The notes under the pieces are model-generated. The model saw only the letters and a program-made list of their open reading frames with translations. It was not told the DNA's origin and ran no database searches. Position numbers and translations under genes: made by a program. Shown piece after piece: positions 1 through 12,621 of a stretch of DNA of 64,000 nt. The first letter of the stretch is position 1. Each line of letters begins with the position of its first letter. This DNA comes from Phoronis australis (taxonomy: Eukaryota > Animalia > Phoronida). Location of the stretch: positions 690,438 through 754,437 of the forward strand of contig NMRA01000127.1 of assembly GCA_002633005.1 (NCBI GenBank). Direction: 5' to 3'.

Positions 1-188
1 TTTTCTAAATGCATTTTTCAGGTAGATACATACGATCACTATCTTACTTTCTTGTATATTTTGTTTGGAGCTTGTTTCCTTCAAGACACTTAAAACTAAG
101 CCATTACCTAAACAACTTATTTACGTAGGAAGAACACGAAAGTATGTTTTTTGTAGTGTCAATAGTCTTTCAAAACTTTGAAATCAGT

Positions 189-1560
189 CTATAGATCATT
201 ACTATAGCCATCACTGTCACCAGGAATCACAAGATCATCATCATTCTGACATTCTGCACTACACTGATATAGATCTGTGTAAGATAGGTCCTTTGATCGG
301 CAAGAGCATCTTTGGGAAGAGGAATTGTTTTTGCATTGGCATCTAACCATCTCAATGATAGCCTCTGGCACCGGAAGCTCCTAAGTTGTGAGGGCTCAGC
401 TGGTCATCTTTGTCCTTGTAAATTCATTCTGCAATGGGTCATGGAACTCTTGTCTAGCAATGACTGCCTGGCCCCACACTCTGGCTTGAATAAATACCCT
501 CAGCACATGCTGTTTCAAAGTACCAATGGTTGGTGGACATTTATCGCTGTTAGCCAAATGTTTACAGAAGAGGTACCATCTCAGCTCTGGGATGCTATTT
601 GTGTCTATACCCTGTGGTGAGTATGCACATGTAAAAGGGGTTAATGTGAAAAGAGGTTCACCCGTTACTTCATAAGCAGTGCAAAAAGTATGTTGTGCAT
701 TGATATCATCGGTGTTTGCCTTCAAATATATATTGAAACTACAGAATGGACCAGTGTTGTCTGTCCACGTAACAGCATGGAATGCAGGAAGAATCTTTGC
801 CCAGACAGCACCTAATGATGTCCATATTGGATTCACGTCCACAATCCCAGATGCCACGGGGACTGAAGTATTTCTGAGAAACCTGTCATAATAGGCAATG
901 ACGAGTACCAGTAAGTCTATGTCAGGTGAAAAAAACATCAGCTGAGAGTCAGGGACCTTTTGATGTGATGCCAGAACTGCATTATGCACAGTGTATTAGC
1001 AATATATCTGCTTTTTCGTGATCGTTTCCTTATAATTAGCGTAGAGCACGTCGGTTGCTCTTTGCGCAACCTGAAGCTGAAGTAATGGCTATCTTGGCAG
1101 AGTTTTTATCATATTCAAGTGTCTTTGCAGACAGATATTCAGTAATTTGAGCCTTTTTGGTCATGGGAGAGGAGGAAACGTCTCATTGGGATATCTTGTA
1201 TGAAAGTCTCATCTCTTATCTTGTATTGTACTTGACCCTTTCTCTGCCTCCTTTTTTCTCTTGTGGCTTGTTTCAAAGAATTGTCTTTGTGGGTGTCGAA
1301 AACCAGAATGATATCGCCATAACCTTTAGTTATGAACTTCACTTCCTTACTATCCACACGTGCAGTTTTGTGGCTTGGGTGAACACACTCAATGGATGTT
1401 GTTTACATGTTTTCTGGATGTAAAAAATCTTGCAGCTTGAGGACTGTCCTATTCTCAGCCGACGTCTGCTTCGATAATTTGTGCAGAAGGTTGGTTCGAT
1501 TCGATTTGTCTGTGCATGACAGTATTGCCCCACTGGCAGCAAGGATTGCTCTTGGTGTTT
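189..1560 (-). pseudogene. Frameshifted transposon protein: XPG/FEN1-like nuclease plus C-terminal Cys8 zinc finger
   Basis: Motifs in order across frames: LVFDTHKDNSLKQATREKRR; NDHEKADILLIH (~1026-990, HEEADT-like); SPDIDLLV (SxDTDV-like); LPAFHAVTWTDNT (FHALTGCDT-like); CPPTIGTLKQHVLRVFIQARVW; CQCK...RCSCRSKDLSYTDLYQCSAECQN. Confidence 0.8.
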
Positions 1561-2322
1561 GGGTGAATTCATAGTGGTCGATAGCATGTTTCTGGACGAT
1601 TTGCCCAGCAGGCTACAACTCCTGTTGTCATTGATCCGCAGCCTGGTTACTGCCAAACTTATCTGCCATCCGACTGTTAAAGGCAAAATGCATTTCCATT
1701 GAGTAGAAGAGAACTGGATTCCAAAGTGAACAGTGAAAATAATAACGAAATCTTCAAAAGACATGTCTCAAATGTCTTTTCAAAAATAAACAGGTATGCA
1801 CTGTAAATATAAGTTAATCTGCGTTTCTATGATTCCTTTAAATATTCTGGGGGTTCGTATCTGCTATTAAAATCATTTAGATTATATGTATCATTTTAGA
1901 AATAGTGTTTTTCAATTCCTTACCCCATAAAATGTGGATGCAGCCTTTAAAACTAACATTTTAAGTCACCCAAGAGCAGAAATACTGAGCAAAATGTATT
2001 TTACGGGCGCCATTTTTGTAATTTCAAGATGGCTACCAATAAAATTAAAATTTCCAATTCATTGACCTCAGAACTGCAGGTGTAGCCATAAAAACTAACA
2101 AACTAACATTCTCAGTGACCCAAGGGCGGATATATTGGGCAAAATCCATTTTACCGGCGCCATTTTTGAAAATCCAAGATGGCCGCCAAGATGGCCACCA
2201 AAAATGGAATCATTTATTTTCTGATTCGTCATTCCATGAGGTTTCCAAAAATGTATAATTTCCATTTTCCCCAAAAAATTCCAACGAATGTCAAAATTTG
2301 GACATAGTGAATCTGACTACTA
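189..2322 (-). mobile_element. Decayed Academ (AcademX-like) DNA transposon with one visible terminus at 2322
   Basis: Fragmented XPG/PIN nuclease and Cys-rich coding remnants lie on the minus strand. The terminus reads TAGTAGTCAGATTCAC... on the minus strand. Subterminal repeats contain CAAGATGGCyrCC, and ~1945-2040 is duplicated at ~2095-2200. The other end is not seen. Confidence 0.65.
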
Positions 2323-2929
2323 TGTAAACAACGACATATTAATACTATAAACCGAAACGTCGATCAATATGTCATTGTTTGCATGTGAGCTGATTTTAAA
2401 CTTCGTACTCATATTTTGGCCAAAAACAAATCTGATCAATATGGGTGATTATTCACAGGTGGAAGCATATCCTGACAGTAAGACCACGTATGACTCCGAA
2501 ATCGAAGCCACCGCAAGTTGTCGACACACCAGTTGAATCAGCACTCTCTCACCGACACATGTATTCAACTTGAGGACGGGCAAATTTCACATTGGAAAAG
2601 TACAGAGACTGACTTTCCACTGATGAATGTCATTAGCATCATTGGAGATGGAAAGTTCGAAAAGTTTAAGATCAAACTCCATACTTTTGTTCACAGTTCA
2701 AGTTTTGCAGCTCAAACGATTGGAAAAAATCGACCAAAAAATAAATAAAAAACTTTCGCACTGTCGAAGTCCCGTGTAGAAAGATGCACAAGAACGATTC
2801 AGTGAGACTTTCACAAACAAGCAATCGTCTATCTTATGATGTTTTTGTATCAATGATATCGCATCATAGTGATGCAGAACGTCATTGGAAAAATCCCTGA
2901 AAAGATCATGGCGCAGAGAACCACCAAGT

Positions 2930-4450
2930 TCAATGAATCCTGGCTCCTCCAGGGAATGGGTAATTATCGACCAGGTAGCCTAGAGATTCATGATCCAGTG
3001 CAGCTTCTGCTTCAGATGAGATATGGCAAGGTTTTGAAAACAAAGAAAACACTCTACTCGTTGGCCTTGATCTAGAGGATGCTTACAAATCTGTTCAGCT
3101 TTCAAATCTTGCGGATGGCATGCTTCATCTTGGTATTCCTGCAACAGTATGATCAGCCGTGCTAACAGAGGGATCAACGCCCTTAGGGCTGCGGCAGGTC
3201 GGAAGGCGGAGGAAAGGTACCTCGTCATGTTGTATAAAGCTCTCCTCACTTCTGTCTTCGACTACGCTCTCCCCATAATCAACATCAGTGAAATCAAATC
3301 AACAGACTTGAGAGACTCCAAAACATTGGCCTTCGCGTCATCACTGGATGTACAAGATCGACTTCAGTCGCAGCATTACGCTACCTTGTCGGTGTTCCCA
3401 GCATTGCAGACAGACAGTCTGTGCTACTAGGTATTACTGCAGCCAAGGTTGTTCAAAGCCCTTTCCGTCATTTACACTGCCAAGTGAAGACTGCGCTTGA
3501 CAGATGCTTGAACCCCGCGTCCCTGCAACAGCAGCCTATGGACTTCGCCCTAGACCTTTCCGCAGTGCGTCCTACCAAAGACTCAGTTAGCGGGTGGTCG
3601 TGGACTGCCGTTGCTGTAAACGCAACCATGGGCCTCATCGGCAAACACATGATCGAACAAGATGCTGCTTGGCTGCCAGTACAAGAACTCGGTGAGAGAC
3701 CGAATGTCACCATCGCTTTCAACAGTGAAGCTCGGGAATGGCCTCCTAGAGAAGCCCAAACATTGTGCCTTCAGCAATGGTGTGATCTTGGCGGTATTAA
3801 TGCGGTCATTGTAGCAGCAGATGGATCCTTCGATGGTGCACCTAATAGTGCGGGATGGGGCTACCAAATACTGTGTGCCGTGACAACGTCATTGCGGAAG
3901 GTAGTGGCTGCCACCATGTATACACAGGTAGTACACGGATTTAGTTTGAGGCTATACAACGTGCCCTAACTAAACTATCTCACCTAGACCTGGAGAATCG
4001 CACCATTATCTTTGCCAGCGAGTCCATGGCAGTGTTGATGGAAGTTCAGTCTGGAAATCTCCCAGCCAACGGGGGTGTCTTCCGATCACGCCACCCTCAT
4101 CATACAGTGATCTGGTCTTTCGTACCTGGCCTGCACTCCGGTGTCTTGATTTATGAGCGTGCAGATTACCTCGCTGGCTCATGTTCCATCAACCAACCCC
4201 TCAGTCTGCTTATACCTGACTGATGTTAAGCTGCTGGCTCACCAAAGAACCCTCGATCGAGCAGATTTCGTCCCAACTGGCTAAGTTCAATGATGGTAGC
4301 CGACTGCCCGAAGCCGGTATTACTTAATACTATGCTGCTAAAAGTCACAAGAGCCGTGCTCGAGTGTTGTCAAATCAGATGCTGACAGGCAATGTCAGCC
4401 CTGGAGTTCTGCGCCTTCTGCTGTCACGGGGATGGTCTGGGGGGTGGGGA
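2930..4450 (+). mobile_element. 5'-truncated, degenerate non-LTR retrotransposon (I-group-like: RT C-terminus plus RNase H)
   Basis: RT thumb-like ANRGINALRAAAG...LVMLYKALLTSVFDYA. RNase H motifs VIVAADGS...SAGWGY and VIWSFVPGLHSGVLIYERADYLA (WVPGHxGIxGNExADxLA-like). Multiple frameshifts and stops; boundaries approximate. Confidence 0.85.
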
Positions 4451-4981
4451 ATTAATGCAGCAACATATCCCCGTTAATCCTGTCCGTGACTGGTATAACA
4501 GGTATTACAGGCATTACAGTATATGAGGCATAACATAAGAAGCCTAGACTTCGACTTAGGCTAATCTCTATTATAGGATGAAAGGACTTCACTCTTTCTT
4601 TCTTGACATATAATTTTGAGTGCCACAAAATTGTTACCATTCGTAACTTCGTCACCCTCAGCCAAGAAAACAAAATCAAGATTTGGCCCCTAAAATTCAG
4701 ACAAAAACTTGTGCTTTTGAAAAAAGGAACCTATTTTTTCCAGCGAAAAATGAGAGTCTGTGGCTGACTACGATCTCGTTAAGTGTGACTTCAACACCGC
4801 GGTCGTTTCTATGTACAGCACAAGGCGGTAACAGATAACAATTCCCCGCAACCAAACTGCAGCAAGAATTTGATTTGGTTTTCGCTTTTGAAAACTCTTC
4901 TATAATACTTTAGAAGTATTAACATGGATTGGCGCAAAGCCAAGCAGTAGGCTTTTAATCGAACATCTACAAAAATAAAGT

Positions 4982-5025
4982 GTGGGCGCTTACGTGAGCA
5001 TGGGCGTTTACCCAAATATTACTGT
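4982..5025 (+). repeat. Remnant terminus related to the right end of the Tc2-like element at 53997-56459
   Basis: gtgggcgcttacgtgagcatgggcgtttacccaaatattactgt resembles gtgggcggttaactgagcatgggcgtttacccgaacgtttacggt at 56416-56460. Confidence 0.55.
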
Positions 5026-7035
5026 GTAATGGCTAAATGTTTAACTCCGAAAAGCTGATTATCATGCCTAGTCTTAGTTGTTTTAATAAATGCAATTTAT
5101 ATTTTACAATTTGTGATGGTTTCGTTTGTAACTGGCCCCAAGGAAGGACAGCGTTATCACTGACTGGGATGTCGCTGAAAAGAAGCTAAGCCCGCCATCC
5201 GTCAGAGAGCCGAACTTTTTTAGACCATCTCCAGATGTCATCGGCCTCAGCTTGTCCCTAACTCAGGCTTGAAACAGTTGGCAGTATTACGTGCTACTCT
5301 GTTCATCGCTTCAAGTCACCCGCCTACATTATAACTATCCGTCAGTTCTTTCCGCGCCCGGAAATCGCATTTCCAGACCAATTCCAAGTGGCCTAAATCA
5401 AAAGTTACTGTAAACATGTACTGCAAGGCGTGAACTGATGTGGATCTGAGACATTTTTTAATGGATTGCTGGAGCTGATTTTGAAATGTGGTCTTCTGCT
5501 TGTCCAAAAGACGAGTGTTTGTCGGCCAATTTTTTTTTCTCGAGCGCGAACTCAAGTTTATCTTGCACTTTAATTCGAACTCAAGATAAGTGTTTATTAT
5601 TCTGTATTCGCGCAGATTAACGTCTAGTCCATGTTCGCACCAGTAGATTTGAGCTAAAAGTCTAATAAAATCTCGAGATTTCAAGTTCAGATTCAAACTA
5701 TTTACTAGGGGTAATCAAGTGCAAGCTAGCATCGGATAGAGATATACGTAAACCACAATATTCGTGCGAATGCCTTGGGGAATATTCCATAAACCACAAT
5801 ACCTGAAATTTTCATATGACTGATTTGGTCAACCAGCCATCTCTGATACATGATGTTTCGAAGTAGCCAAACTAGGACATTTTTCTAGGGTCTGTAGACT
5901 CGTAGTTGGGTCCAAAAAGATCTTGAAAACACTGTGGCACTTACTGACTACTGGAAGCCGGGTATTACTGTGTCTTCCCTTATGAAGCGGTGTTGTGCTA
6001 TACCTTATGGGATCCATATCTTTAATTCGCGTCAAAATACAAACGTTGAGAGATATTACTTTTCGGCATAATAATTCAGGATATTACCGACACAGAAAAG
6101 TCTCATGCAACTTTAGCGCGCACAATCACAAATGCGAAACAAAAATGCTTTGTTGTAACTATGGTTAATAATTCAGTAAACAAATCATCAAAAGGTTACG
6201 CATTCGGAAAACGTTTTTATGCCCTTCTTAATTGATTAATATTTCAGAAATCTGAAAATGACACCTCTGCCGAGAACGGAAATGAAATGCTGTCTACTGG
6301 CTTCAGTTACAAAGACATTTCAATTAATTTTTTTAATACGAAGTTTCCGTGATACCTTACACATGCACACACGTGTTTTTATATCCATGTCCTTGACATC
6401 CACCTCTCGCGCACAATGTACAGTCACAAAAACGTCTCCGAATTTACTTGCTAGTCACCAAAACTAGATTTTCCATTTTACAGTTAAAAATAAAACAACT
6501 TACCGTTAACCCAGTCCCTTCAAGGTTTAACTATCTGTTCAAAGAAAGTAACTAACAGCAGGTGCTCAGTTACAAACATGAAAAACTGCTGTTTGTATTG
6601 TTTAGATAACTTTTTGTTATCTTATTCAACTTTGCCTTATTCGTAGCGATTGCGTAACTTTTATTATTATCTTCAACTCGTGTGATAGCCTCATGTCACG
6701 GGATCGTCTTATCTTTTGAGGTTACCTGACTTATATGTTAAATTGAATCCTGTTTTGTAAGCTATGTTTTGTTAACTCTTTATATTCAAACCTCTAGCTC
6801 TAGAATAATTTTTGTAATGTTTACGAACACTTAACGTGCAATTTAAACTATTATTTGCATACCCTCTATAGCCAAATCTCTTGTTTAACCATTATTTTTT
6901 GAATATTTAGTGACAGATTATTACTTCCTCGCTCATCATTTTGAATTTATACTTTATTCAATTTTAAGTAACACTAAGTTGATGTTGAATTTTGAATTGA
7001 GGTAACGTCACGTTTTTGTTGATATTTACAATATT

Positions 7036-7070
7036 ATTTTCCCGTTTCTCTTGTTCTATGATTTCAGCAG
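7036..7070 (+). promoter_or_regulatory. Polypyrimidine tract and tandem 3' splice acceptor (TTTCAG-CAG) upstream of the PDE start
   Basis: ttttcccgtttctcttgttctatgatttcagcag, at the transition from AT-rich intron-like sequence to more GC/CpG-rich exon-like sequence. Confidence 0.55.
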
Positions 7071-7573
7071 CCGTTTGTCAATAGGTGGCTAAGGCAAATT
7101 TCTCTCGATAGGTGTCAGGACTAATGCTAATCAGATGGGCAGTGTTTTTGTTGCTGAGAAGTCTCAATCGGGGCATATATTTTTACACGTGTTCCATATC
7201 TGGTGGTCACAGATACCCATGAGCTTTGTGTTTGGATGTTCAACTGATAATCGCACTCCAGAGGATCCGGGAATCGTTGATCAACGCCGCAGAGTCGACC
7301 GCATTCGTTCAATAATTTCTGCGCGATTTCTGATTGACGCACTTCATTTCACCAGTTCACCACTCATGACGGAGCGGAGAGGTCAGCGGAGTCGAAGCTG
7401 ATTACCAATTCAAATTAAATATACTACTATAAAGAGAAGCGTGTCTGCCAGTCAAGCTGGAGGCCAATCGTGAGCAAAAGCCTCCGCTGTATAGGAGAGC
7501 TCTGCGATCTTTGGGAGGGGGAGGAAGGTCCGTTGTCAAGAAACTCAGCCCGGCGAGTGTACGGCCGAGAAAG

Positions 7574-8293
7574 ATGTCCGCGGAACTGGACTTGGACCAG
7601 ACGCGCCGTGAGGAATATGACCGTGTCGAGCAGTGGCTGGATGACCACCCAGACTTCTCGCACGATTACTTTGCAAGAAAGGCAACTCGTACTATGGTGG
7701 ATGCCTGGTTGATTTCCCATGCACTGTCACAGTGCAGACTTGAAGTGAGTGGTACCCCTCACGAGCATTCTGGCTCGAATTCCAACTCCAGTTCACGCGC
7801 AAATTCTGGAGCTAATACCCCTGTGCGGAAAATATCTGCTCAGGAATTTGAAAAAGGGGGCACAATGAAACCCATGGTGTCTACTGTTGATGGGACACTA
7901 ACATTTTTAAGTGTGGACAATCTTAAGTTGGACACGCCTCCCAAAATCATCCGGAGACCAAGGAGTGAATTGAAAACATTGGATGAGCGCGAACTTTTGT
8001 ATGAGTTAGTGATGGACATATGCAATGATTTAGATGTTACAAGTTTGTGCCACAAAATTTTACAAAATGTCAGCATACTTGTTAATGCAGATCGCTGTTC
8101 GCTTTTTTTGGCCCGCGGAAAGAAAGGGGCATCTAATCGAACTTTGGTGAGTAAACTGTTTGACGTTCACAGCGAGTCTAACTTGGAAGACTGCTTGAGG
8201 AAAAGAGAGGAAATTCACATACCATGGGGAACAGGAATTATTGGATATGTAGCAGAGACGGGAATCCCTGTCAACATTGCTGATGCATATGAG
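7574..8293 (+). CDS. First coding exon of a GAF-domain cyclic nucleotide phosphodiesterase (PDE11/PDE5-like): N-terminal region plus most of GAF-A
   Basis: ATG at 7574 in AAGATG context, the first ATG after an in-frame TAA at 7430-7432. The translation has WLDDHPDFSHDYFARKATRTMVDAWL, TPVRKISAQEFE, ELVMDICNDLDVTSLCHKILQNV, ADRCSLFL, LVSKLFDV and IPWGTGIIGYVAETG..VNIADAYE, all recognisable PDE5/6/11 motifs. It ends at the donor GAG|GTAAGC (8293/8294, phase 0). PDE5 versus PDE11 orthology cannot be settled from one exon. Confidence 0.93.
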
Positions 8294-9621
8294 GTAAGCC
8301 TGGGGCTATCGTTTATCATAGAGACATGCTTATCTTGTCTGATGGCATGAGGGACACTTGTAAATTAGAGTAATGGATATCATGCCTGATAGCATAAATG
8401 ATCTTTTCAATTCATTTCAACTTGAATAGATCATGTTTTGCAGATCGCCTTCCGATGCGATGTTTTGCAGAATAATACAAATTTGTCACTTGGTAGTTAG
8501 CAAACAGAAATTGACTAATTTTGGTCTAAAGATGAAGCTCTCCAAAACAGACTTGGAAATTTTTGCTTTGTATTATCATTTTGGCTGAATGAATTGGATT
8601 TTTCTTGAGTCAATGACATAAAAACAGCGATTATTGAGTACAAGCTGCTAGTATACCTAGGCATCATTGTTTTTTGCTTTTTATTTATGAGCCTGGGGGT
8701 TTTTCTTAGACTGTGCCTGGGAGTCAGTACCAGGGCATGTTTCCTTGATTAGAGATTTGCACTGTCTCATGAGTTAATACAAGGGAGCTTTTATTTAATT
8801 ATTCAGGATGCGATGGTTAGCTGATGGAAATTCTGACCTGTTTTGTTGAACTTGGGGATCTTTGTCAGTTATTTTCTTGAACAATGTGGAAACTGAATTA
8901 TGATTTAAAACCTAAAAATTTTAAATTTTGAACAATGTGAGTGACTTTGAGAACCAGAGTGGTAATGCATTGTGCTTGTGTTTAGACAATTTTTAAAGGA
9001 CCCTTGTTTTTTTGTTTTGAAAAACAGTGAAGTCTTGTTTTTGTAAATGTAAAATTCTGCTTTTTCAGTTTTTCAAACTTTGTTTTGCTAGTTCATAATG
9101 ATAATTAACATAAAAATGATCTGGAAACTTCCTTAAGTTTTCCACTGAATCATGCATCAGCTGCATTTTACTGGCAACTTGTTGCACTGAACTCTCGAAA
9201 TCGCAAAATGAAACAGCGCCACAACTTCTCGAGTTTGTCAGCAGTAAAAGGATCGTCAAACTCTTTGTGGCTAGAATGTGCCAAATTTGATGGGTTATAG
9301 TCTTAATTTTTGGTATTAAAAAGTGAAAATATTAGAATTGTGGTGTTGTGTACTGAAATATGCAAATTCCACGGGTATTTGCTAATGGTGTGAAAGAAGT
9401 TGGGATCCCCGAATTCCGTCCTTTTTATGTTATCCCGTGTTCCGTGAACACTATTGGGGTATTTTTAGAATTTTTTGCACAAGTGTTTTACATGGGCACA
9501 CACACCCCAGCTTCATTTGCTTGCTCAGGCTGGTGTTCCTAAGTTGTGTGCGTGAGCTGTCTAAATTACATGCTGTGGTACATCTTTGGTTTATTCTTAG
9601 TAGTGACAGTTCATAGTCTAT

Positions 9622-10340
9622 AGGCCCTTTCACAGTCATTCAAATTTCTACGGGCCACTGTAACCTAGCCCAACACGGACACATTACTGGGCATATGGGG
9701 AGCTGAGTGTGTTCGGAGTGTGGTACTGACATTGAAACCCCTAAACACCTGGTGGAGTCTTGCCCAGCTTTTTATTGGCTGAAGAGCAACCTACTAGATA
9801 TCACTGTTACATGCCTACAACATATAGTGCATGGCAACAAATGGAAAAGTCTGTCAGTTTTCTTAAAGGAAACTGGCAGACTTGAAAACTTCCTTCACGG
9901 AGAACCATAACGAGACTCTCGTGCTTTTAGCTGAAGTGTTTTGTGCAGTGGGCCCAACCATGAGGCCAGCACACATCTAATGCACCGGAAATGACATCAG
10001 GCCACTTACGCTTTTTTTCATAATAACTCAACTCTGGTATATCCGGAGCGTCTACATAAACTGCAAAGTTAATTGAATCATTCATACCAGCTTTGGTTTT
10101 TAATGGCATTGAAGTAAACGGTAGGTGACGCTGTCATCATCGAAGTAATCGCAAGGTAGCGCTGATGCATGCCGGGCACGCTAAGATTTTTGTAATGGGA
10201 CAATTTGGGGAAATTTGTGTGTGCTAATTGACATAAAACTTATTTCTAATTTGATTGGTGGTTATTCAAGCAAACTGCAAGCAACTATTAGGGACGACAC
10301 TGCCCTTTAATTATTGATGATAGCAGTGGTCCCTGAATTT
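9622..10340 (+). mobile_element. Partial Harbinger-like MITE (family A) interrupted by a LINE fragment
   Basis: Starts AGGCCCTTTCACA like the copy at 45494. Homology to that copy resumes at ~10015 (aactctgg...cgaagta..gcaaggtag.gctg...ctaagattttt...cactgccctttaatt). Confidence 0.75.
9644..10010 (+). mobile_element. LINE 3' fragment (ORF2 C-terminal zinc knuckle plus 3' UTR)
   Basis: CSECGTDIETPKHLVESCP (CxxC...ETxxH...CP) followed by LSVFLKETGRL, typical of I/Jockey-group ORF2 ends. Confidence 0.7.
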
Positions 10341-10770
10341 ATGGTATAAGGTCAAAATTCCCTCAGTAGGCTCTAGGATACACCCCCCCCCTCCCGTTTA
10401 CAGTGGAAAGTTAATTTTCTAATACTCAGTTTGCGGTTTGATTTAGGAGGAAGCGTGTGCAAATATAAGAAAGCCATTTGCAATTCCAACTGGACCCACT
10501 TGTGGAGGTGGTGCTATACTAAATTGATTTATTCTAAATCAATTCCTACGTTGTGAAATATGAACTTGTAAAATAAATGAATCTGTTTGACACGCGTGAG
10601 GGGATGACATATACTTAGGCATGTGTAGATCAAAGTTCCTGTCTCTACCTTTACCAAAAAACTTTAGAATACTTTCTATGATTAAAGAACAAAAATGTTA
10701 AAAGATCTGCCATGAAAACAATCAATTTACTCGCCATTAATAACTGGAAGGTGAAAGTGTACATGCACAG

Positions 10771-10895
10771 GATTCTTGCAGCAGACGAGATTCTTACAGC
10801 AGACAAGATTCTTGCAGCAGACAAGATTCTTGCAGCAGACGAGATTCTTGCAGCAGACGAGATTCTTACAGCAGACGAGATTCTTGCTGCAGACG
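10771..10895. repeat. Minisatellite, 18-bp unit GATTCTTGCAGCAGACGA, ~7 copies
   Basis: Directly visible tandem array. Confidence 0.95.
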
Positions 10896-12228
10896 TGCAG
10901 CGTCTAAATCAATTTCACTTAAAGAACTTAGAAACCTAAGTTCAGTTGAAGAAGCAAAGTGTTTATTTAGACCACACATCGCTGTAAAATTTGTTTCAAC
11001 TTGTTTCACACTCAGATGGAATGTAGTTGATGGGTTTGCAAATTAATTCATTATTTGTTGACATCCTGTTATACTTGAAAATTTCGTTGCTAAAAGTGTT
11101 TGTCATCAAAAATCACTCAGTAGTAAATGCTGATCTCAGACTGTGTGACATGTGTAACAAAGACGCTTGATAAACGTGTTCTGTGCATGCGAATTTTATG
11201 AATGAATTTCTTTGCAGTGCTCTACAATATACAACCAACAGACATCTTTAATTTTTAATTTGTAGTGCTCTACTTATTCCAAAAATATTGAATGATAAAT
11301 TTGATTCTTTTGTAGAATTTAACTCTTCCCATTTTGTGTCCAAGAGTCCTCAGTAAAGCAAAAATGTCATTTTTTGAATTATTTGATGTATTTCAGTATC
11401 AACACAATGGCTTAGAAAACCTGCATGACTGTGGACATTGGACTTGCAACTACTGTCCAACCTTGAAATTTCCAAATTTTCACTTTAAACTCCCATGTTT
11501 CTTTTACTACCCATGCCCAATTTATATTTAATTAAAGGAGCCTATGTTTTTGTGAATGGTCATTTTTTTAGATCCAAAAAGTACACAAGTTGCTTACCTC
11601 TGCGTAACGATCAGTCAATTTCAGTGGAACCTTGGCTTATTTGAGCGGGAAAATACCTGCACTCTTGTGCTCTTTACTGAAGGAGATGTGAATTCTTTTT
11701 TTTACGTGCATTCAAATATTATTGCTCTCTTGTGCAAAAAACGTTGAAAGTACTGACATAAGCAGTGCGTGGCCAAGCTAGCTCCTGTCACCAGGTGGCG
11801 AGACCGTCTTGTTCATGAGTTGGGTCACCTAGAGCTGCCAAAGAACATGCCATGGAAATGGATGATATTTCGTGAGTCTGCCAGAAAATCGTTGACGTAG
11901 AGAAAATTTTGCAGAAAGGAAAGTAGACGAAGTTATCAAAAACAGAAATGGCATTGTTTTTGATTCGCACAGATATTACTGTCTGAAGAAACCACATGTG
12001 GTTACATATAAAGATAATCTGACTTGGATAATATACTGCAGGTTTATGAAGTAAATGGGTATTTGCAATGCTTGCAACCGGGTGAAAAGCTATGCCATGC
12101 CACTGAACTACTGTCATGCCCTTCTGGAGAGTAAACCCTGCATTATCTACAATTCATCAATGTTTATTTTTGACCAGCCTTCCTGCTGTAAAAATCGCCA
12201 GGTGTTAGGTCACATTTCCAAAATGTCA

Positions 12229-12621
12229 TAGAGCCTGTTAACGGTGTGTTTACCAGTGGAGCGTTGATGCTGTGGTGCATTACGAATGGTCAACTTCTGT
12301 ACCATCAAAGTTATCTCCAGGGGCCGCTGTTATCATCAATAGTTAAAGGGCGGTGTCGTCGCTAGTAATTTCACCAATCGTATTAGAAATAAGCTTTATA
12401 TGAATCAGCACATGTAGGTGTTCCCAAATTGTCACATTAAAAAATCTTAGCGTACAAGCAATGCATCAGCACTAACCTTGCGATTACTTCGATGACAACA
12501 GCGCCACCTATAGTTTAGTTCAATGTCCGTTAATTAACCGAAGCAGGTGTAAACGGTTTAGTCAACTTTGTAATTAACGTGGACGCTCCACTCAGACTGG
12601 AGTTGAGTCAGCGTGCAAGGT
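12229..12621 (-). mobile_element. Partial family A MITE in reverse orientation
   Basis: Collinear with ~38690-39080 (aaattgtcacatt.aaaaatcttagcgt, ccttgcgat.acttcgatgac, gctcc.ctcagac..gagttg). Confidence 0.8.

Noticed and set aside
7511-7573. N-terminal extension from the ORF-track start at 7511
   Set aside because: That codon is TTG; the first in-frame ATG in good context is at 7574.
8294-8350. C-terminal VSLGLSFIIETCLSCLMA of ORF 7511..8350
   Set aside because: Intron read-through after a consensus GTAAGC donor; PDE similarity stops at DAYE.
10712-10939. ORF with (ILAADE)n repeat
   Set aside because: Product of an 18-bp minisatellite that lacks stops; no exon evidence.
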